This document shows, one piece after another, positions 1-10,209 of a stretch of DNA of 64,000 nt. The DNA is from Setoptus koraiensis. Lineage: Eukaryota; Animalia; Arthropoda. Position 1 is the first letter of the stretch, and the number at the start of each line of letters is the position of its first letter. A program made the translations under genes and the position numbers. The notes beneath the pieces are model-generated. The model was given only the letters and a program-made list of their open reading frames with translations, did not search any database and was not told the origin of the DNA. Where the stretch lies: positions 11,842,001 to 11,906,000 of the forward strand of contig CM106585.1 in assembly GCA_048013815.1 (NCBI GenBank), written 5' to 3'.

Positions 1-530
1 GTTGCTAATTTGCATAAATCGCGTGCAACTTGCACGACTTGCAGCACCGCCAGCGCCAGCAGCTGAAGCTGCCCGTCGGCCCGACAGCCGCAACCGGCCT
101 GCGACTTCCGTAACGCAATTACGGCGCCACTAATGAACTATATAATATCCTCGGATATGTGCGCGCCGGCACTGGTTGTGTTGTTATTATTTTTATTGTG
201 TGTTTGTGTGTCATTTGCTTGATTGTTTGTCGCTCACGTGCCCGTCGCGCCAACCTCGCCACACTTGTGTCCACGCACCCCGCACGGGCACGTACCCTGG
301 GCGTCACGCACCCTGGGCGCCGGCGGAAAGTGGCGAAATTGGGCACGTTATTGAGTGCGCTAACAACTTGTTGTTGCGACTTGCGGCGCACGGACGCCGA
401 CTTGCGGCTCGCCGGCGGCCCAATCGCTCAGCGGCCCGTTCGGGCATCAGGGGCCCGCGCTCTTATCGCACATCCGCACATGGCCTGGCCCGGCGGGGGC
501 GGCCCGAGTCGCCTGTCCACCGAGGGCTGC

Positions 531-607
531 ATCTCCCGAGCAGTATCTCCCAAACGGTGCCTCGCAAATGGCATCTCCCAAACGGTATCTCCCAAACAGT
601 ATCTCCA
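531..607. repeat. 14-bp minisatellite (ATCTCCCAAACGGT consensus), about 5.5 degenerate copies
   Basis: Units read directly at 531, 545, 559, 573, 587 and 601 (partial). Confidence 0.85.
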
Positions 608-1363
608 TAATAGCGCTCGGCCAGACACCATTGTGTCGGGGTCGCCATATACGTGCATATGGGCACATATTCGGCCCTGCGCCGAATATAAGCCCGGGCG
701 CGTCGGCGTCTGTCGGCCTATCGCTGCCGCGAAAATGGATCGGCGATGCGATGGGGGCCCCATTTCCATGGACCGATAATAAGCGGCGTCGCTTGCAGCC
801 AACACGGTGGCTGAATAACATTAGCATGAAATTGAGCAACACACTCAAAAAGGGCGCAGGCTGACCTGGTGGCGCGCGTGAAACGCTGGGGCCCCGCCGC
901 TCACCGATGCCAAGCGGCGCCAGACGGTGAATGGGGCCCCGCTTGGCATCGGTGAGCGGCGGGGCCCCAGCGAAAAAAGCCAATTGCCGAAAAAAGCACC
1001 CACTGCTAAAGTTGCACTGACTGGTAGGCGCAATTTAGATAGATGGCGCCCAACAGGCCGGCCCCCACATTGAGGGCACATTGCAAGGGGCCGGCCTATC
1101 GGGCCCACTGGCTGGCTGGCTGGCTGGCAGGAAGTTTATCGGCAGTTTATTATTATGCGACAAATATACACAGATTTACATTGCGACGACTGGCGTTGTG
1201 TTGCAGAGCGAGGGGGAGAGAGAGAGAGAAAAACATTATGGCGTATTGCATAATAATCAGGTTCGGGTGGCAGCCGGCTCTTGCTTGGGTCGCGCGCATT
1301 AGCTTGTCGGTTTGAGTCGCTATGCTAATGACGACGACGACGACGACGAGAACGTCGGCACCG

Positions 1364-1659
1364 AACAACACCAACAACGGCGACAACAACGCCAGCAACA
1401 ACAGCAACAACAGCAACAACGCCAGCAACAACAGCAACAACAACAACAACAACAACGACGACGACACCAACAACAACATGGAAATGAGCCCGGCGCCGGC
1501 GAGAATACCAATGTCGTCGTCGGCGTTGCCGTCGATTAATGTTGCCATTGCTGGTGCCGCCGCCGCCGTTGTAGTTGTTGTCGTTGTTGTTGTTGTTGTC
1601 GTTGTTGTTGTTGTTGCTGTTGTTGCTGCTGTTGCGTTGGTGGTTGCCGTTGTTGTTGC
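1364..1659. repeat. Inverted trinucleotide repeat: CAA-rich arm 1364-1477 and GTT-rich arm 1568-1659 around a ~90-nt spacer
   Basis: The reverse complement of the right arm is CAA-rich and carries CGG, CGC, CAG and CGA interruptions like the left arm. This explains the polyQ/N/T/V/L/C ORFs in the track. Confidence 0.75.
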
Positions 1660-2016
1660 ATAATAAATCCGAAGTGGCGCCATTGCACACGCCATTGCAG
1701 GATATTATGATGATATGCAAGAAATAGCGAGAGAGCGAGAGAGAGAGAGGGAGCGAGCGGGGAGAACGAGATGCCGCTCATGAATGATTCTTGAATTTAT
1801 TAGCCACCAGCAACCTTGATAAGGATGATGATGATGATGGCAGCGGCGCGAGCAAGCCCGAGAGTTTAGCAAGCCCAGTGTTGTTCGGGGCCGCCGTTAG
1901 CTGCTTATTTATATCCGTCAGTCGCTCAATGGACACCGTTGCGAGCACATCTCTGGCTCGCCGTGCCACTAGTAGCAACACTTGTTCTTTGTTTTTCCAT
2001 AGTTCACAGTTTACAG

Positions 2017-2447
2017 CGGGCCGCCGAGAACAACAGCAACAACAACGACACCAACAACAACGACACCAACAACAACGACACCAACAACAACAACGCGGCC
2101 GGCAAGAACCGCGACACCGGCGACAACAACGGGCCGTGCGACATGGCCGAGAATTGTCGACAAGAACGCGCCAAGCAGCAGCGGCCAGCGACCAGTGAAA
2201 GCCTCAAAATTCCGCTTTAAAGTTCCCATTCCGGCAGTGACCGCGACACAGCCGAGCCTCTTCGGGAGCTCCGAGAAGCAGCGCGAAATTAGGCCCGAAA
2301 AGCGGCCCGAAAAGCCGCACGAAAAGCCGCGCGAAAAGCCGCGCGAAATCAGGCCTCGAACGGACAGAAAATGGAGCGGCGACGAGCGGCCGGAAACGCC
2401 GGCCCGGTTCAACTGGTGGTGGCCGGGCCGGCGCAACGCCAATCAAG
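2017..2447 (+). CDS. Putative internal exon encoding a Thr-rich mucin-like segment followed by EKP[RH] repeats
   Basis: Pyrimidine-rich acceptor ttcacagtttacag ends at 2016 and a consensus donor G|GTGAGT starts at 2448. The frame is open from 2003 to 2584 and reads GPPRTTATTTTPTTTT...ATWPRIVDKNAPSSSGQRPVKASKFRFKVPIP...EKRPEKPHEKPREKPR...RRNANQ. No homology recognised. Confidence 0.4.
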
Positions 2448-2725
2448 GTGAGTGGAGCGGGCCCCGAAACTATATAGGCAGGTCCGGGGCCTATATGGCG
2501 GGCCCGGCGAATGAGTTAGTGAGTCGACGGCAGACAGTTAGACAGCGGCAAATAGGCCGCCGAACAACAACGAGCGCCCGCTAATGACTGCGCCTAGCGC
2601 TCTCGCACAGTGCGCAAATCGCCGCTATGCGACGTGCACGGGGCCCATAGGAGCGCAATGAAGCGCACCAAATTGAAATATTTCCACTGCAGCCGGCGCT
2701 GCCTAAACAACCGCGCTGCCCATAT

Positions 2726-2796
2726 AACCGCTGCCCGTGCAACCGCTGCCCGTACAACCGCTGCCCGTACAACCGCTGCCAAACAGTAACCGCTGG
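2726..2796. repeat. 15-bp minisatellite (AACCGCTGCCCGTAC), about 4.5 copies
   Basis: AACCGCTGCC at 2726, 2741, 2756 and 2771, with a degenerate copy at 2788. Confidence 0.85.
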
Positions 2797-3594
2797 CGAG
2801 TGATGCGGCGGCGGCGGCGCCGACGACGGCGACGGTCATGTTGTGCGTGCTTGCCGACCATATTCATTTGTGTCACACTGGCGAGCAAATTTGGGCAAAT
2901 TTGGACAAATGCTGGCCCGTTGGTGTGCTCGACGCACGCCGGCGACTAATTTGTGCCAAACGGCTCAGTTGGCCGAGACGACGACACAAAGTGCATGAAG
3001 TATCGATATTATTTTATTTGCGCTCGTCGCGCCGTCGAGCGACGCCAGCGAGCACAAATAACGAGAGCAAATTAGAGGCGACAAGACGCCGCGCGGGCCC
3101 CAAACTCGGCCGACCGGCTGCCAGCAGACACACGAGATAAATGAGTGGCGAGATGGAGTAGATTAGGATCAAATTAGAGACAGACTTGGCGCACTTGACA
3201 CGTTTCGCGTTCGCTCATTGGCCGCTTCACCCGGGCACAGCTGTTACACGCAGCAAGTGAGGCCCGTGAATTGGGGCCAGATTGAAATGAAAATTTACTG
3301 TCGGGCCGCTGCAATTTCGAGTGCGCTGTGTTGTTGTGGTTGCTGTGTTGTTGTTGTTGTTGTTTGTGTGGCGCTGGCGACAGCTTGCCGTACCCACACC
3401 GACAGCCACACTGACAGCCCCGACAAACAATATCACTTGATCAACCTGTCATTGCTTGTTGTGGTGATGTTTGCGGCTGGCTGGCTGACTGGCTGTCATA
3501 CTTGAGCGGCGCACATCGAGCCCCACTGAGCACTGATTGTCACACTGTTGGCAACAGCTCGCCTATTGCCAAATGGTGGATGCCATATGTCTAC

Positions 3595-3595
<1 letters not shown>

Positions 3596-3643
<48 letters not shown>
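3596..3643. repeat. (GT)24 microsatellite
   Basis: Perfect dinucleotide run. Confidence 0.97.
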
Positions 3644-3645
<2 letters not shown>

Positions 3646-4176
3646 ACCTGTCACAAGGGGAGCCTCTTCCGGTTTGGATTTCTCGCCTGCAGCAGCGCGC
3701 ACGTTGAAATTGGAGATTGGAATATCCGCCATCGGATATTCGCCAATCCAATCTCTGTATGTTGTGTCGCACTGAGCACACCAATTGATTTGAATCCCTC
3801 ATCAATAGGAACCTGAGCATATTCGCCAACAAACCAGCCTGTGTCCGATGGTGCGACAACTCAATCCGCCGAAGATTATTCTCAATCCTAAACATTCAAC
3901 GGTCGACTGGCGGCAGATTTTGCTGAACTTCGCTCAAATTAGTGCGCCTTCATATCTGTCGTCTGGCAAATATCCAGCTCACACGGATATGCAGGCACGA
4001 TGGCTATTTTCTCGCGTGTCCAGGCCGAACACAAATCGAATGTAGATGAAAATTCTGACGGGATGCTCGGAATTGTCAAGTACCAAACACGATTTTTACT
4101 TGTATGCTGGTTTTAATGTAAAGTCGTTAGTTTTTGTCCATTTAACAAGATCATCGACGATTTTCACGACAATTTT

Positions 4177-4201
4177 TGCGTGCGACAATTAGTCGCACGC
4201 A
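4177..4201. other. Perfect hairpin: 10-bp stem TGCGTGCGAC/GTCGCACGCA with a 5-nt loop
   Basis: Exact reverse-complement arms at 4177-4186 and 4192-4201. Function unknown. Confidence 0.8.
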
Positions 4202-6227
4202 GTTCGCGAAAAGTTTCATCTGAGCAACTATATTTTTTTTTTTATGAAATATGCGCACTAGTTTGTAAAAAATTCCGTAGGACGACACGCTATTTTCATA
4301 ATATAAGGCGCACTCTGGAAAAAATTCTCTTCCTCGGGCCCTCGTTTCTTCGTGATTTTCACCAAGACTGCAAGACTTTTCTCTTTTTTTTTGTTTGAAT
4401 CTTTGTATTTCCTCTATGAAGAGGGCGACTGAAAAGAAGAAATTTACGTTGTATCGACACAATTCGTGGTAAAATGGGCACCCAGAGTGAAAATTCCATG
4501 AAAAAAGGCCGTCGCTCGTGAACGGCAAACCGCAGACAGAAGTAAACCAGATCTTTGGGTTCACCAGAGAAAGAACTTCCCAACGGTGCTTCATTTTGGA
4601 GAATCGAAGCCCCGAAATGAGAACATTCCAAAATCGAACAATCACTCGAACTAACTGATGCTCGATTGAAAGACAACTCTTTAGTGAAGCTCCGATTTTC
4701 GTCCCTATGTGTTCGCAGATTTCCGTGGATATCCACCGGTAAGCCCATATTCAGACTGGTTATGGTCCATATCATATGGATCGACGACCGTCACACTTGA
4801 ATATCCAGACGCGTCTCTATGGAGCAAGTTTCAATGAGAGCCGTTTGTGTTGAGATCTCACTGACATCCGACAGAAAACTGCAAAACAATAGAAAAAAGC
4901 GACACTTTTTTAATTCGAAGGAAGAGGGGGATTTTTCACTGAGAATTGTTTTGTGCCGAAAGTCGCATCCAAAATTTCAAAACATGACGCCAATAGTAGT
5001 GCTCAGCTTTCACCTGGAGCGGGTTTGAGCGCCGCCGGAAACGAGTCCAAAAGACGCATTGAGCGGCATAATATTCTTCGAGCTATTCGAGATTGAAATA
5101 ATTGATTGGAAGTGACGTCGAAAAGGAGTTAGAAAAAGCGCTGGAAAAGCATCGAGATGAGTGAGTTGCCGGCCAAAAGAACTAGACCAAAAATATTTTT
5201 TCCCAACTGCCAACGCGGCCACTAGTTTTGTTTTGTTTTGTGTTTTTTTTGTGCGAAAACGATTGCAAAAACACACACTGTTGGGCAGCCTGAAAGTGAC
5301 CCAAAACTGTTGGTTTACGTGCCGCCTCTCTATCTGAATCTGCCCTCTTTCTATGATATACGGCACGAGGATATGGATACGGCTGATACTGTCCACTTCA
5401 TGGCCAACAACCGACAGAGCGATCACTGCACAGGAAATGGGGGCCAGAGAAACAATCAATTGCGGCCCAATTGCACTGAATGGGACTGGCCCTTAAACAG
5501 GAAATGTAGATTACGTAGTTTTGAGTAATTGACGCTGGTCGGCATGGGTTTTCGGTTGATGGTGGGCGCATGAATTTTATTGAGTGGTCACACCATTAAT
5601 TAGAGGCCGCTTCTAGCGCAAACAGCAACTTGTTGTGGTCAGCGCGCACCAGATTACTGGCGGCCGTGCTGACAGCGGCGTGCAGTGTGAGGCCGACGAA
5701 ATATAAATAATGATCAGTTTTAATGATCACTTGATGACACAAAGCTAGCGTGACCACTGCACGAGCAACACGAGCACTGCACGTTATGCTGTTGGGAAAC
5801 GCGATACGCGCGCTCATAACATCGGCTGGTGACGGTGGTGGTGAAAAATCACTGCCTAATGCCCATTTTACGTGACGATGGTTCCATTTTTGAGCATATC
5901 TCACCATCATCACTTTTATTTAATGTTGGCCACCATTATGCACGCCGCACTTAATGCGCAGCTTAATGTTGCCGGCCAGCAACCGCCGGCGACAACCACC
6001 GGCACAAAACTACCAGTGACAAGGACATTTTGCACGTGCTCGCGTGTATGCGTCATAGCACACTTGTGCGGGATGGGGCCCACTTGCCAGTGGCTCGAAC
6101 GTTGACTGTGAGTGGAGCTGTTTTTTACTGCCGGCGCCATTGTGAATTACGACCAGCGCCGAGTGTCTCGTTGCGCCTCTTTGGGGCAAACCGGTCAAAG
6201 TCAAGTGCAGTGACATTGCCGGCGAGC

Positions 6228-6277
6228 ATTACGCAACCCGACGTGGCATTACGCAACACAACTTAACGTTACGCAAC
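6228..6277. promoter_or_regulatory. Triplet of PAR-bZIP/NFIL3-type sites (RTTACGCAAC) at 20-bp spacing
   Basis: ATTACGCAAC at 6228 and 6248, GTTACGCAAC at 6268, and a variant at 6288. These resemble the established PAR-bZIP D-box consensus RTTAYGTAAY. Function is inferred. Confidence 0.5.
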
Positions 6278-6640
6278 ACGACGCAGCATTGCGTTACGTT
6301 GCGTGGCGCGGCGCGTAACAATGGCGCGCCAAGTGAGCAGCCACTTGCTCGTCACGACTGACTGTCGCAGTCAGACTATGCAAATAGGCGACGGAGGGGG
6401 CGTGCCGCGAACGCGTTCGGTTTCTCTCGCGAACGCGCCGAAGGCAGAGAACGCGGCGAACGCCGCGAAAACGGAGAGGCAGAGAACGCAGAGAACTTGT
6501 TCGGCTGCTCTGGCCGGCAGTGATTTTTTCGGCCGACGGCTGGTGTCGTCTTGCGGCGCGACGGGCGCGCTGCTGACGAAAACGACACGCCGGCCCCTGC
6601 GACGCCCGATGGGCCCGCAGCGCTCGCGGTTCGGCGCTGA

Positions 6641-6750
6641 CGAAACTGTTCGAAACCGCTGGAAACTGTTCGAAACTGTTCAAAACTGTTCGAAACTGTT
6701 CAAAACTGTTCGAAACTGCCGGAAACTGTTGGAAAATGTTGGAAAATGTT
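6641..6750. repeat. 10-bp tandem repeat (CGAAACTGTT consensus), 11 copies
   Basis: Eleven consecutive decamers such as cgaaactgtt, caaaactgtt, ggaaactgtt and ggaaaatgtt. Confidence 0.92.
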
Positions 6751-7960
6751 CGGAGCCGCCCGTAACTGCCGAAAGGTGTTCGAGAAGCGCTCGAACAGTT
6801 TCGTCGGCGCCAAACCGCAGCCGGCAGCCGTTGCGTCATCGAGTCGGCCCAGTCATCGCGGATCGGGCGACGCGAGCCGAGATGGCGCACACACATCAAC
6901 ACCATTTTTTGCTGGCTCTGGCCTGTCGTCGGCGCCTATCGTCGAGGCCAGCGATGGCCTCGGGGCGCCCGCATCAACTTTTGCCAGCAGCGGCCAAAGT
7001 TGATTCGTTATTTTGTGCGCATCGCCACGATTTTATTTCATTTTATTTTGCTCGACGGCTCTGGGCCGTGCCAGTTGGCGCCGTTGGGCCCCACGCTGCC
7101 CGAACAGCGGCCACCAGTGCCGCGGTGCTACAAGCTGCACCGCAAGCGAAAACCGTTGGGCAAAAAACTGGAAAAAATTTGCGCGCCGAGCCAAGCCAAA
7201 GAATGGGCCAATTTGCGGCGAGAATGGGTTGCGCTTGCGGGCACGAGCTGTCGTGTTTAGTCAAAAGTTGCGTCATTTATGCTCGCCCGATTACGTGTCA
7301 CGATGCGCGACGAGTAGTGTACACACACGCGTAATATTCATCCGCATACATGTAGTAGACACGCGCGCACACATGTTGTTATTGTTGCTTTTGGTTATTT
7401 TTGTCTATCTGGCTGGCTGACTGTTATTTTAGACGGCGCTGCTGGCCCCATATAGGAACAACAAGATTATGAAAAATTTTCAAAAATTCTCAAAAATTGC
7501 CACCGCCAGTGGCACCATTTGGCGCGCCAGCGCCAACCAAACCCGATAATGGCCGCGGCCGGCGCCGATGGAGATTTGATCCTACGCGGCGCACTGCGGA
7601 CGGCGCGACGGATCATCAGCCGCAATGGGAGCCCGCCAATGGGGCCCGCAACGTGAGCCGAGCGAGCGAAACAGAGCGAATCGTCGGCGGGTAGCCGCAC
7701 TCTTGCCTTGTGGGCGCCCGAGAAACCGCAACAAATAAACTGCTGGCAGCCATGCCAAATCCCATTAAATGGCCCTGAGCCTGGGCTGTCGTCGTGGTTG
7801 TTGGCGTGGTTGTTGGCGTGGTTGTTGTTGGCGTTGTTGTCGTTGGCGCCCCACACACAAGCCAGCGCAAGCCAGCATTTGATGAGGCACCGCACACGGC
7901 AGAGAGCAAGAGATTACAACAGATTATAGCAGCGAGCCACTTTAAACTTGCTGCCGCTGC

Positions 7961-8054
7961 GGCCGCTTGTTACGTAACTGTTTCGGGCAGCGACCGGGCC
8001 GCTTGTTATGCAACCGGGCCGCTTGTTACGCAACCGGGCCGCTTGTTACGCAAC
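7961..8054. repeat. 20-bp minisatellite (ACCGGGCCGCTTGTTACGCA) x3 plus an upstream partial copy; each unit carries a PAR-bZIP-type site
   Basis: Units at 7993, 8013 and 8033. Motifs: GTTACGTAAC 7969, GTTATGCAAC 8005, GTTACGCAAC 8025 and 8045. Confidence 0.85.
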
Positions 8055-9605
8055 TGGGGCCCTGGCCGCTGGCGTCGCCGGAGTGGGCACGCAAAACACA
8101 AACAGAGCCAGCGGTTGCTCGAGATTTAAAGATTTGGCTGGCCGGCGGAGACGAAGAAACTGTTCGAGAGAATAGATGACGACACAGTCATATCATAATC
8201 ATCGTTCGAGCTCGTGACAGGCAGCCGAAGCGCGTTAAGCCGCTGGCCGTCGTATCGGCGCTCGCGTTGTTGTACCAGTTATATAATGTTATATATATGG
8301 CGTTGTTGTATAACGTTATATATAAGGCGGGTTATATATACAGCAGTGACACGCCGGCGCTGTTTTTATTGCTCGCGACAGCGATCCGACAGGCCGCAAA
8401 TACAAGATGAAAATACAAGATAGATGATCTCTAATGTTTGCCAGATATTGGCCACCGTGTAGCGCGACACGGCCACTGCAAACGCCCGCCAAAGGGGCCA
8501 ATCGTCAGGCGAAAGACAATCGGGCAGCCGCGAACATAGACATAGACAGACAATGGCGCTCGTTATCGTCATTGTTCTTGGCCGGGAGCTTGCCGAAATT
8601 CGCGGGGCCCACTTGCTGGTGGCACGTTGTTGCGTAACAGCGTGATGCTAGCACGAGTGTGCGACCGCCGCGCGACGTGTAGCGCGTGTTGCCACGTGCT
8701 GCGCTCGTTAAGCGCCGCCCGCGTGCAAACTGGCAACGGGCAACGGGCAACGGGCTGTCCACGGGTTGACTTTACAGTCCGAGACACGATTTGCGCAACT
8801 TGGCCCCATTCGCCACCAGCCAGCCACTGTCTCTGGGGCCCGAGCTGGGGCCGGCCGTTTTCTCTAAAGTTTGCAGAGATTAAAACGCTTTACAGAAAAC
8901 GCTGTGCCGACGCATGTTGCGTAACGGCAACGGTCAGCCAAGTCGAAAAGTGGGCCAAACACTGACACTTGGTGCGCCAATGCACAAACAAATCTGTCCG
9001 CCGGCCGCGGACGCACCATCGGCCCGAAATCCCCCTCCCCCCTCAAATCACACAACTTGGCTCACAGAAATGCATGGGCGTGACGTGACGCCGCGTCAGG
9101 CTCCGAATCTGACCCCCGTGCGTCACGTTGTGCGTTACGGGTTGCTCGGACCAGCTGCTTGGGGCGCCTCGGGCGTCCCGACCCGACCATTTGGTCGCCT
9201 GACGCAACATGGTTTCGACAAGTCGACAATCCAAGAATTTGCCTTTGTCTTTCGGTTGGCCCGTGCCCGTCGCACAGCTCCACAGGGTTATCGCACATCG
9301 AGTTGCGGCGTCCGACCGCAAGTTGGCCAGATGCCAATCAACGGCCAACAGGCGAAATTGGGATGTTGTCCCGCCAATCCGCCAACAAAACATCGGCCGC
9401 CCGCCCGGCTAGAGGGCGCTGCCAGTGCTGTCGATTGCCCGCTGTTGCGTGCGGCCGCTGCCCGATGAGCAATGAACGATATTCGTGAAATCGTTGCCAA
9501 CAATTGTGACGAATATCTCGTCTGTCAAAACGTAGATCTCCGATGATCGTCTGACAGCGAGTGACGACGTTCAAATAACGCACACGCTGGCAAGATTGCT
9601 AGCCA

Positions 9606-9678
9606 GTCCCAGTGGCTCAGTCGGTAGAGCGTCAGTCTCATAATCTGAAGGTCGTGAGTTCGAGCCTCACCTGGGGCA
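9606..9678 (+). tRNA. tRNA-Met: tRNA-Met (CAT), elongator type, intronless
   Basis: Acceptor stem GTCCCAG/CTGGGGC with discriminator A9678. D arm TGGCTCAGTCGGTAGAGC. Anticodon loop CTCATAA with CAT at 9639-9641 and the T:T pair typical of eukaryotic elongator tRNA-Met. T loop GTTCGAG. Confidence 0.97.
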
Positions 9679-9683
9679 ATTAC

Positions 9684-9688
9684 TTTTT
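9684..9688 (+). terminator. RNA polymerase III terminator (T5)
   Basis: TTTTT begins 6 nt after the tRNA discriminator base. Confidence 0.8.
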
Positions 9689-10070
9689 GCCAATCATAAT
9701 GCGTCTTGTTTCACTATTCACCTGTCCATCTGGCCAGCGTCATGTTTTCTTGCATATCTCACCACTGGCAAACTCACTCGCCAACAAACAATTAACTGGA
9801 GCCGGGCATAAACAAGCCAACGTAGCAACAACAACACTGACAACGTTCCAAATCAGCGCCAATCACTTGTTATCGCGCTGCCAGCGAGCTTGTTATTCAA
9901 ATCAGATAGCAACAACAACGAATGGCGATGACGCAACAGCCGATCGATTGACAGCTTGACAGCAGCAGCATCAGCAGCCATCTTGCGACTGTTCACAGAG
10001 CCGGCCCGCAGCCCGCCGTCTAGTCGCTGCTGCGCGCTGCGGGGGTGTGACATGCCCGGCCCATTCGTAG

Positions 10071-10209
10071 CGGCAAAAGATATCTGGGCCTTTTCAGGTA
10101 TCGAGATATCCGAAGATGTATCTGGAGAGCGGGTATGGGCAAACAAAACGGCAAAGAAAAAATTGAATCGAATCCAATATCGTGATTGGGGCAAGTCGCA
10201 ACCGAAAGC
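10071..10209 (+). CDS. Putative exon resembling the core of a C-type lectin domain
   Basis: Possible acceptor cccattcgtag ends at 10070 and a consensus donor GC|GTGAGT starts at 10210. The peptide AKDIWAFSGIEISEDVSGERVWANKTAKKKLNRIQYRDWGKSQPK resembles the CTL pattern W-x-x-G...G-x-x-x-W...Y-x-x-W-x-x-x-QP. The rest of the gene could not be reconstructed. Confidence 0.4.

Noticed and set aside
1153-2442. ORFs with polyQ, polyN, polyT, polyV, polyL or polyC in all six frames
   Set aside because: They are translations of the same CAA/GTT/GAC repeats, which are stop-free in most frames. Only the spliced Thr-rich frame was kept, tentatively.
6641-6750. GAA/TTC repeat as a heat-shock element
   Set aside because: An HSE needs nGAAnnTTCn pentamer spacing; here GAA and TTC are separated by 4 nt and then 0 nt.
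6303-7334. 343-aa ORF on the + strand
   Set aside because: GTG start, R/A/S-rich, crosses the stop-free 10-bp repeat and has no recognisable domain. This is expected noise in GC-rich DNA.
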